This document shows positions 28,950-41,130 of a DNA stretch of 64,000 bases, one piece after another. The DNA comes from Chrysomallon squamiferum (Eukaryota; Animalia; Mollusca). Position numbers and translations under genes: made by a program. Location: contig CM022670.1 of assembly GCA_012295275.1 (NCBI GenBank), forward strand, positions 9,982,001-10,046,000, given 5' to 3'. Position 1 is the stretch's first letter, and each line of letters begins with the position of its first letter. The notes under the pieces were generated by a model. It was not told the DNA's origin, did not search any database, and saw only the letters and a program-made list of their open reading frames with translations.

Positions 28950-28980
<31 letters not shown>

Positions 28981-31076
28981 TTATAATCATTTCTGTATTA
29001 AACTATGTCACTTGAGATCATGAATCAGCTGTCAGGTAATTTAAGTACACAAACAAGATAAATTATTTATATTAAAAAAAACCTTGATAGGGCCTCATGG
29101 TAATAAAAATTGTGTGTAATCTGTCAGTGGAAGTTAGCTGTATAAAAAAACAAGTTTAGTCTTTGTTCTGTGCTTCTGGGTTTAATTCAGAATAATTTAT
29201 TATATCGAATAAATAATCCTTATCTAGCTTTATGTTATATGTGTGGGTTTGTGGTTTTTGTTTTTTGGTTGTTATTTTAATAAATATTTTATCTAGTTGA
29301 TAAGTATACAGATCTAGATAAGCAGTGAGGTTGTTTTTCATTTTTTAAATAATTGTTTTTTGTTTTTTTAGTTTTTGGGGTTTTTTTAAGTTTTGTTTTG
29401 TTTTTTTATGTTTATATATAAGTATGATCACACACACACACATATATATATATATGTGTGTGTGTGTGTGTCTATATATATATATATATAATCTTTTGAT
29501 CTGTTGCAGTGTATTACTGTAATATGACTAATTGAACATAATATATAATTAAGAGATTAGAAGATTATATAAATAGTTATATAAATAATTACATAATCTT
29601 ACATTTTTGCTTACAGGAAAAATGAATAGGGCTTAAGTAAATAGGTTAATGATGTTAAGAGTAAGCTTGGCACTGAATATGAACTTGTCAAAGCTGTTTT
29701 AACAAGACGTGAAGCTGGTTTGTGACCAGAAAATAAATGTATTACATCATTTTTGTTTTGTTTACAAGTCATTCTTGTCCATTTTCCTGACATAATATTT
29801 TTACATAAGAACTCTCCATTTTTACAGAATTTGCTGAATTTTCACACCAGTCGTTAAAGTTAAATTTGGGTGAATGTAATTCAAAGCAATCACTAAAAGT
29901 TAAATTGCTGGATTAATGTTCTGTACGGCTGACCTTTTTTATCTTTCAGATTTCTTTATCTGACAGTAACGTACGCCAGTTTGATAGCATTTTCCTACAA
30001 ACCAAAGGGTGTGCAGTCAACTTGATGCATTTAAATGTTATATCTTGGTTTTATTCTCTGCATACAGCTGCTACATTGCAAAAATGAAATAGTCTTGATA
30101 ATCATTTTTTATTAAATTGTTTTTTTTTTTACATATTTTCTGTGAAAATAAATTGTTGGTTTTTTTTACCTCAACAATACGTAATATAGAAGTTGTTTAA
30201 ACAAAGTGCTGTGCAATGAAATAAGTGATGGATGTCCTGTTTTCAAAATGTTTATTTTTTCTTGTTATTTCAATAATACTAATAAAGGACATCTAATCCT
30301 TTATAAAAACTGTGATGTAGAAATTATGATCTATTGGATTGTTAGTCTGTAAATAGTTAGTTACTGGTATTCATTCCAAGAATAAAACATCTCCTTTACT
30401 TGAATAATGTTAATTTTCAGTCCTGTTATATAATTTAGAATGTTACACTGGACTCTTTAACTTAAAGACATTATACATTAATAATCAGTTGTATAGCAAA
30501 CATGACTGTCGATAAAAAACATGCATGCAAGCTTTGCATTTCCTTTAGTGAGATGAATACAGAACTAGTTGTTTAGAAAACATCTTCACTATCAGTTCTC
30601 TTCATTTTGTTGATCCAGCACACAGTTTGTGAGTCATCAGAGATGTTTTAATTCACACGAAGATTTCTTTTCTCTACATCTTCTTTTCTCTACGGAGTAA
30701 CTCAAGTGTTTACCCACCCAAAACATTCAATGTTCTGAAACTGAAATTTTTATAAAGTTGTTTCTTTATTGTTACTTTGTGAATTGTTGTATTTGATGGA
30801 AAATGAAATGAGGAATAGTTAAAAGAGTCATTGATGTAATGTGGAGATTCTTTTTTTGTGTGTGTGTGAAAGGCTGTGTGTGTGTGTGTGTGTGTGTGTG
30901 TGATAGATAGAAAAATAAATTGATGGAATGTAGATAGAATGTATAGACCTGTGTTACATAATATAAGTATCTTAATGTTTATTTTATTTATTATTATCAT
31001 TTTTGCTATTTTGCATTTTATTTTCTATCTTTTTTTTTTTTTCCTTTTGTTGTAAATTTCAATAAAATCTACCTTT

Positions 31077-31114
<38 letters not shown>

Positions 31115-31697
31115 ATGTCAATTAAAATGATCACATCTCAATTTCCTTTTAAAATAAGAATTAGAAACTATGTTTATATCAACTGCTATTCTATCATTAT
31201 TAAATTGATTTTTAAAACATTATTATTACAGACTGCACACAAAATAAATATGGCTGGCGATGTCGGTTTACTTGCATGTGTAAATCAGGGACGTGTGATC
31301 CAGACACTGGGCGATGTGAGTCTGGATGCAAATCTTCCAGATACGGATCATCCTGTCAGCTTAGTGAGTCTTCATTTATTATTATCACCACACATGCACA
31401 TGCATAATTTACATCTTTCATGTAGATATGCACCCTACATGCAAGCACCCACTCACACACAACCACACATACTCTGTATGGTTTTAATGATGATAATGGC
31501 CTTTGTTCAGATACATTGTTTATCGGAGTATATGATACAAATGTGTGTTAATAATATATATATATATTTATCATTTATTCTGGTAACAAAATGCATGATA
31601 ATGTATATGTGTATTCACAATTTTTATCATATAATCTGATAAACATTACATATGAACAATGGTCATTATATTCACTATAACCATATAAAGTATGTGG

Positions 31698-31732
<35 letters not shown>

Positions 31733-32289
31733 TGCATGCAAGGTGTATATGTGCACATCAGTGATCTAAATTATATAAATATTAATATAATACTTAATGG
31801 CAAATTGGACAAAAAAGCTTTTGCTTTCTTTTACATCCAGATGGAAAAAAAAACAAAAAAAAACAAATAAAACATAATTATTAATAAAATAGAGAAAAGT
31901 CAACCTTCAGTATAAGTATAAGCATAAGTATAAGTATAATTTGCTGTAACAAACACTTAAAACATTTTGTTTTCAGAAAACCGCTGTCTCTACGATGCCC
32001 GGGGTGTCAACTACACAGGAACGTTGAACAAAGCGAAGGGAGGTAAACGGTGCATCCCTTGGTCAGACAAGTTTGTGAGGAGTAAAGGTTACACCCCAGA
32101 CATGTTTCCCGATAAAAAGTTTCCTCAGAATTACTGTCGTAACCCCAAAGGAGAGAAGGGAGATTACAGTGACAGGCCGTGGTGTTACGTAGCACGCAGG
32201 GGAGACAAGCCGTTTGAATCGTGTACAGATTTGAAACTTTCAACAGATAAAGCTTGTAGTAAGTTGATTATATAACATCTGTAGTAATA

Positions 32290-32324
<35 letters not shown>

Positions 32325-33313
32325 TGCTAATTATATTAATAATACTACTAATAGTAAAAAATTGTTGGTAACAGTAACAACAGCATAGTAATTACTTTGC
32401 AATCACCAATAGTAAGATGATAATTTAGTTCTTATTATTAATCGTAATAGCATTGCAAAATTGAATATTTATAGTAAATACAGATAACAAGAGCTGCAGC
32501 ATTATGTCGTTTGTAACTTGGTAAAAATGTAATAATGACTGTAATTTTGTACACAGTAATATAAAACATCTTTCATGACCTGAGTACACTGTGACTTTGA
32601 AATTATTTACTTAGCAAAAATAAATTACATATACTTTAATAATAATTTTTTTATTCAATACAGACACAAACAGTTAAAGTTAGAATCTCTTCTTATGATA
32701 TTTAAAAAAGTTTTTAAAATTAAGATTTAAAAAAAAAAAAATTTGAATATAAAATTTTTTATTATTTTCACAGAGTGTCCAGACCACATGTTCGGTCCTA
32801 GCTGTTCTCAGGAGTGTCACTGCAGAAATGTGACGGAGGTCTGTGACAAGCAGTATGGGAGGTGTCAGTCTGGGTGTGCCGCTGGGTGGATAGGATTCAG
32901 CTGTCAGGAAGGTGTGAACACACAAATACAAATAGTTTAGAACTAGCATGCTGTAACCCCGAGAAAGCAATTTTTGACATTTGAATGTTGAAGTTGTTAA
33001 AATCTCTCTCTGTCTTTTTCTCTGTGTTTCCTTAGAAATGTACATCATGAATATTAATACATTAATAAAAACACATTCGTTTTCCCTATATTTTATTTTA
33101 TTATTTTAATTTTTTAATTTTTAAAAATAATTTATCAGCAGTATTATGAATAATCAGGTTTGATCTTGTTTCCTGAGAACTATTATTGTATTGAAGTAAA
33201 CCGTTTTTCTGAAAAGAGCTCAATGATAATTTATTTTTCAAAGTCAAAATGACATGGTGGTAAGTAAGTCAAAAATATGGTACTAATAAATAATGTTTTC
33301 TTTTACTACTTAC

Positions 33314-33347
<34 letters not shown>

Positions 33348-33533
33348 ATTTATTTTTTGTTCCAGTGTGTAGACAAGGCATGTATGGACTTGGCTGTTCT
33401 AAGCAATGTAAACACTGCTCCAACAACATGTGTGATCCAGAGACTGGTTACTGCACTGATGGATGTGAAGCTGGCTACAGTGGACCTAGATGTGATATTA
33501 GTATGTACATGTGTGTTAGTGTGTGTGTGAATG

Positions 33534-33597
<64 letters not shown>

Positions 33598-36500
33598 TGC
33601 ATGTGTGTGTGCATGTGTGTGTGTCAGTGCATGTGTGTGTGTGTGTGTATGTTAGTATGTATTTAGATATTAGTATGTACAAGTGAGTGTGTGTATGTTA
33701 GTATGTATTTAATATTAGTATGTAAATAAACATTAATAAGTATATAAGTATTAGTATGTAAATGGTTATAAATATTAATATGTAAAGAAACATTAGTATG
33801 TCTTTAAATATTGGTATGTAAATAAACATTAGTATATTTGAATATTAGTACATAAATAAACACTAGTATGTATATAAGTATTAGTATGTTAACAAACATT
33901 AATATGGCTATAATCATTGATTCATTTCTCTTCTGTTTAGTTATGATTTATACTTGTTAAGCATGTCCCCCCCGAAAAAATAAAAGAAATAAAAAATCTT
34001 GTCTCTCTCAGTGTGTGCTCTGGGAAGTTTCGGACCCGGCTGCAAGTTTAAATGTGGACAGTGCCGAGGAGGGGAGGCCTGTCAGTTGAAAACTGGAACT
34101 TGTTTCCGAGGCTGTGCCCCAGGGTTCACTGGAAAGTACTGCAAAGAAGGTTAGAGACATTTGTTATTGTTACTGTTATTGTTGTTATTTATTATGATTA
34201 TTATTACTATTATTATTACTATTATTATTATTATTATTAACTATCATTATTTAACGGTTTCTATAATTATCACTTATTATAAAAAAAAAAATATTATTGA
34301 ATTAATTAATTTGTTTATTAATCATTCTGTCTACAGAATGTCCACAAGGCACGTATGGACAGAACTGTTTGAATTCATGTGGACACTGCCTCCCAGGAAC
34401 CACCTGCAACCACACCACAGGCTTTTGTTCTGCTGGTTGTGACCAGGGTTACAAGGGAGATAAATGTGACACAGGCAAGTTAGATAACTCACAAAATGTT
34501 TTTTCAAATTCAGAATCGGTTACAAATTAACAGTAATCTCTTACAATAATCAATTAACAATGTGTAAATACTCTCTGTCTTCTAAAGAAGAATGTTTTAA
34601 TTTTTATGAATTTACAAATAGGTGTAAGAGGTTTTTTTTTTTTTTTTTTTTTTTCTCTTCATAATCTCAATAAGAATCAATTTGAGCAAGAACTGTTAGA
34701 TTATAATTTCAAAAGGTTTTGGTTTTAGAGTGAAATATCTCTTTCAGTAAAAGCATGTAATTAATTATTTTGTAATAAAAAAACCCCAACTTTGTCTGGT
34801 GTAAATCCAAAAAAGTACTATTAATATAAAACAATAATATAACTGATTGAATTTACATAATTATGTAATATTATACATTTTATTTATTAATATTTTTTTA
34901 ATTTAACAAAGAAATATAACATTCAATAAAAAACTTAGATTTTATCAAAATACATAATTTAAAAATCAATATTTCTATATTTGCCACATGAAAATATCCT
35001 TGATCAGTTTGTTAACATAATTTTTACAAATGTTCTTCAGCATTATAAACAACTTCCTTACTTGTTTTTCACTGTTGCAGAGTGTGAAGAGGGGAGATAT
35101 GGGGAGAACTGTTCGTTTGTGTGTGGACATTGCAGGGACAACACTTCATGTCTGATCACCAATGGTCAGTGTTTAAAAGACTGTGATGAGGGATATTTTG
35201 GATACAGATGTGTTGAAAGTAAGTTCTGTTCAGTATTTTATTTTTAGTCAAATTTTGTTTATTTTTAAAAATTATTTTTTTCTGATGGAGATTTGTTTTA
35301 CATTTCTTCCTTTGGATGTACAGTATTTGTTATAAATTTTGATCTTACTGGAGAATTTTAATGAGAAATTATGTGTGTATTTGTTTCCATTTAAAATATG
35401 TCTGATTTTGGGGTGAATTTCAACATTTATTATTTATTTTGTTTGTTATTAATTTAAAAAAAAACACTTTTTCTTACTGTTATTGTTATAAATTTTAAAA
35501 ATATTTTTTTTCTTACTGATATTTCTCTATGACTCAGTCATTGTTATAATTGTCTTAAATATTCATTCAAGTTTTTATAAAAGTATATGTATTTTAATGT
35601 TGATTTTTATCTATCACAAACATGTTTTAGTCTTTTTCTAATTATTTTAATTTAAAAAAAAAAAATTTTGTACATTTGTTTTCTTGAACATTTAAAAAAT
35701 AATTTCTTTTATTAAATTAAATTTGAATGTTGAAAAAGAAAATGATAGTAAAACTTGATCATTCTTAATTTGTTGTTTCAAAATGATTAAACTTTCTTTT
35801 TTCTTTTCAGAGATATATATTTCTTTTATTAAATTAAATTTGAAGGTTGAAAAAAAATGATAGTAAAACTTGATTATTCTTAATTTATTGTTTTAAAAAA
35901 TTAAATGTTTTGTTTTATTTTCAGAGATTGAAAATGTTTTTGTTAAATTAAATTAAATTTGAATGTTGAAAAAAAAATGATAGTAGAACTTAATCTATTG
36001 TTTTAAAAAGATTAAACTTTTATTTTCTATTTTTCAGAGATTGAAATGAGTACAATGGCATCAGAGACAGGAGGTATCATAGGGAGTTGAGTTTATTCTA
36101 GCATTTTTTTTCTTCTATTTTACTTACTAATGTGCTCATCATTTTTACTAATCATCATTTTCATGTGAATTTTAGGCATTTTGTTTTTTAGTTATTTACT
36201 TGATTAAAAAAGAGAAAAAAGTGAAATGATAAAGAGTTAGTTTTTATGATTAAAATTTTATAATAATTTTTTTGAATCTGTTAAAATTCTATCACTAAGA
36301 ATGTAAGCTGTTGATACCTTTTTGATTTCAAAACATAGTTACCTGTTTGTAAGTATATGAATAATGAATCTGACGACCGTTTTAAATAGTTACCTGTGTG
36401 TAAGTATATGAATAATGAATCTGATGACTGTTTTAAAAAAGTAATAATGTTACCTGTTTTAAATAGTTAAGTATATGAATAATGAATCTGACGACTGTTT

Positions 36501-37910
36501 TAAATAGTTACCTGTGTGTAAGTATATGAATAATGAATCTGATGACTGTTTTAAATAGTTACCTGTTTGTAAGTATATGAATAATGAATCTGATGACTGT
36601 TTTAAATAGTTACCTGTTTGTAAGTATATGAATAATGAATCTGACGACTGTTTTAAATAGTTACCTGTTTGTAAGTATATGAATAATGAATATATGAATA
36701 ATGAATCTGATGACTGTTTTAAATAGTTACCTGTGTGTAAGTATATGAATAATGAATCTGACGACTGTTTTAAATAGTTACCTGTGTGTAAGTATATGAA
36801 TAATGAATCTGACGACTGTTTTAAATAGTTACCTGTGTGTAAGTATATGAATAATGAATCTGAGTTTTAAATAGTTACCTGTGTGTAAGTATATGAATAA
36901 TGAATCTGACGACTGTTTTAAATAGTTACCTGTGTGTAAGTATATGAATAATGAATCTGACGACTGTTTTAAATAGTTACCTGTTTGTAAGTATATGAAT
37001 AATGAATCTGATGACCGTTTTAAATAGTTACCTGTTTGTAAGTATATGAATAATGAATCTGACGACTGTTTTAAATAGTTACCTGTTTGTAAGTATATGA
37101 ATAATGAATCTGACGACTGTTTTAAATAGTTACCTGTTTGTAAGTATATGAATAATGAATCTGACGACTGTTTTAAATAGTTACCTGTGTGTAAGTATAT
37201 GAATAATGAATCTGACGACCGTTTTAAATAGTTACCTGTGTGTAAGTATATGAATAATGAATCTGATGACTGTTTTAAATGTTTTAAATAGTTACCTGTT
37301 TTTAAATAGATTTCATGACTGTTTTAGTTACCTGTGTGTAAGTATATGAATAATGAATCTGACGACTGTTTTAAATATTTACCTGATTGTGATTTCAGAC
37401 GTCGACGTCGACACAAGAACAATGAGCATGACCCGTCACTACACGAGTGATGAACCCACAGGTCACCCCACAGAACACAATGAAAGCATCCAGCTCCTTG
37501 GAGACTCAAGAATAGGTCTGTATATCATTATAATTATAAACTTTACACAGTGTGATAAAATTACAGAAATGTCAGAAAAAAACAAAAAAACACCAATATT
37601 TATAGGATAGGAATTAAGGCTTCTCTTTGTTACAGAAATGGTTTATTATAATAATAATAATAATAAATATTTATAGAGAAAGTCTGTGAGTTATTTCCAC
37701 ATATGATTTAAAGTTAATTTTCCGGTTATTTTCTTTTAGTTGTTCTAATTCCACTCTTTCAGTTATTTTCAGTTTCAAACCTAGGATTATTTCTTACTTA
37801 TATTTTTAGTTCGGTAATTTATACATTATTTAAAAATCATTTAAACAAACTTTAAACAAAAAAATAAAATCTTTTATTAAAGCACACACTGTGTAATATC
37901 ATGTACATAC

Positions 37911-37950
<40 letters not shown>

Positions 37951-40262
37951 TGTAGTCTTGTTACAGTTAAGTTAAAAAATAAAATCTTTTTATTAAATTT
38001 ATCCCTATCTAATTATGCATAATTTGCATGTGTATGTGGTTCTCTTGTGGCTAGCTCTCAGACACTGAGCTAAGTTAAAATGTTGTGGAAATAATCCAGA
38101 CCTGATATTGTTAAAACTCGTAATTTTTAATTTTCAGAAAACTCCACAGTTCTGTCATCAGAGACTGAAGACAACACCATTAATGAGGAAGTGAACGAGC
38201 CTATCTACGTGAACATAAACAGCAAGAAACAAACCAACCCAATAGCACTGTGTGACCTGTACGATGTCATTCTCAAGTACAGACAAAATGGAATGGCTGG
38301 ATTCAAGGCTGAATTCGATGTGAGTTGAAGTTTTGAATACGTAAAAAAAAAGATTTTACAGAGTTTACTTGAAAATAATAATTAAAATAAATTAAATATA
38401 ATATTTGATTTCTAAGAAAGTTAACTTTTCATTATTATTATTATTATTTTTATTTTTTTTTATTACTAAATGAAATAATTGTAACTGATGATTTTACCAT
38501 AGATGTTATTTAATAATAATAATAATAATAATAGTAGAAGTAGTAGTAATAATATATACAAATACCCATACATTTATCTAATGTCCACAAATCAGCTTTA
38601 GAAGGGTATTAATTTGTATGCTTAAAAAATATTTTCATTCTTTATTCTTCTTTATTTTGTATTTTAAGTGTTTATTAAACACTGGTCCAGAAAATCCTGA
38701 AACCTGGGTCACCTCCAGGCCCAAGATTTCTGGATAAATGATCAAAAAGCACTGTGTAACATACTAAGTTTTTACTTCATTATTGGCATTGTTTGTTAAT
38801 TGGTTGTGTGTAAATTTTGTTTTATTATTTGAGTAAAATCAATTTCAGGAACTACCCATGGGTTTATTAGCTCTTTGTGAAGTTGCCAGAAAATCGGAAA
38901 ATAAAGCTAAAAATCGATATGGAAATATTGTTGCATGTGAGTAAAAAACTGAACTTCATGAGTAGGCAATAGTCAATTAATTTAATCATAAATATTTAAT
39001 TTCTGCTTTCAGAGTTTTATACTTTTTGACATTTTTAAGAATACTAAAATGAAGACTTATCTGGGCTATTATTACAAAAGAATTAAAACAGCATCTATAC
39101 TAAATATTATTTATTTGTTGTTGGCTATTTTCATTTTAAAAAAAATTGGTTATATACAATAATTGTTCAGCATTTCATTTCATGTACAAATTACATAAAC
39201 AAATTTTGAATTATAACTTGTTAATTCAAAGACCTCCACAGCCTTCATTATAACATGGATTTATAAAGATTTAATATTTAATCATTTGAAATTACTAATA
39301 ATTGTTTTTTTTCCATTGTTTAAAATAAATCGGAATAAATCAAAAATAAAATTTAATACGTAGTTTAGCACTGTTTTCTTTTGACACTAATTTAATTTTT
39401 ATTTTAATTCACAGACGACCACTCTAGGGTGACACTGGAGTCAATTGCCAATGAACCATTTTCTGATTATGTAAATGCTAACTTCATGGATGTGAGTGTA
39501 TTTCATTTATTTATCAGTTTGTTACATAGTAGAGTGCCCTGAAGAGAAAACAGAGATGATTTGTTCAGATTTCATTGCACTGGGTATCTGCATGTGTGTG
39601 TGTGTGTCTGTGAATGTTTTTGTGTGTGTGAGAGTGTTTGTGAGTGATGAGTTTGTCTGTCTGTCTGGCTGTCTGTGTCTGTCAGTGAAAATGAAAATGA
39701 GTAATTCACTGATTTAACAGTTGGTAGTCTTTACTGCAATTAAATTTTACTTGTTTTTAATTAATGATATAAATATATTTTTTTACAGTTTTCAAATTAA
39801 ATGGAAGAACAAACATGAAAATATGTTTTTATACAAATCTGTTGCATGTTATTTTCAGGGGTACAGCAAGAAAAAAGCTTACATTGCATCACAAGGTAAG
39901 ATTACGTTTATTATTCTACTGCTATTACAGATACATTTGAAAAAAATTATTTATTATAAAATAAACAATATTTAATTACAGATTATATACTGAATTCTAT
40001 TCAGTATGAGATGGTGGTTTTTTTTTTTTTAGTACAGAACAAATTTAAAGATATTTTTTTTTTTTTTTTTTCAACAAAACTTTGCACAAAATCATGACAG
40101 TATTACATAATTATAACTTGATTTGAGAATAATTTAAATATAAAAAATAAAAGTTATGTTTCAAACTAAATGAAATTATTTTGCTAATTTTTCTTTTTCT
40201 TTTTCTTACTATTACTATTACTACTACTGTTATTAATACTGATACTACTACTACTATCATCA

Positions 40263-40326
<64 letters not shown>

Positions 40327-41091
40327 ATTTTTAAAATCTTTTCTTGTAATGACAAATAGGTGAAGATATTTTTATTAGTTTAATTTTGTGATTTCAGGTC
40401 CAAACAAAGCAATGATTCGTGATTTCTGGAGAATGGTTTGGCAGCAAAGAGTGTCCAAAATTGTCATGCTGACAAATCTGGTTGAAGCTTGCAAGGTAAG
40501 ATTATTTTATTTCATTTTTTTTAAATTTTATTTTTTATTATTATTTTTTTTTTAAATTATTTTATTTTATTTTATTTTTTTTTAAATATTTATTTATTTA
40601 TTAACTTTATTATTATTTTATTTTTTTTTTTTTTATTTTATTTTTTTTTTTCTTCTTTTTTTATTTAATTTAAATTTTTTGGTTTAGTTTTGATTTGTTT
40701 TACTATTTTATATATTTTATTTTGTTTTATTTAGTTTTTGTTTTGTACTGATTTGTACTTTTTAATTTAATTTAATTTATTTATTTAATTATTTTTAATT
40801 TACATAAATGTTTTTTAAATTATTATATTATAATTTTTTAATTTATTTTCATTTTTTTACTATTTATTTGATTTGATTTGATTTATTATTTCTTTTTTGT
40901 TTATTTTATTTTTTTTATTTTTTTCTGGTTTTAACAATTTCATAATTTGATTTAATATACGTTATTAATTTTTTTTTTAACTTTAATTTTGTTTTGTTTT
41001 GTTTTTATTATTTTATTTTAACATTTTAAATTATTTTTATTATTTTGTTTTCTCTTACCTTATCTTTATATATATCTATATATATATATAT

Positions 41092-41130
<39 letters not shown>

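Noticed and set aside
31115-31639. 174-aa ORF
   Set aside because: Wrong frame over the real EGF exon 31232-31363 plus intronic sequence.
36088-36168. Selenocysteine or stop-codon readthrough at TGA producing the TM helix
   Set aside because: T-rich DNA encodes F/L/I by default, a second stop follows at 36166, no suitable donor links it to the next exon, and no SECIS was identified. Kept only as possible debris of a corrupted TM exon.
36336-37385. CRISPR-like array
   Set aside because: Units are contiguous 51-mers with no unique spacers, there are no cas genes, and the context is a eukaryotic intron; it is a minisatellite.
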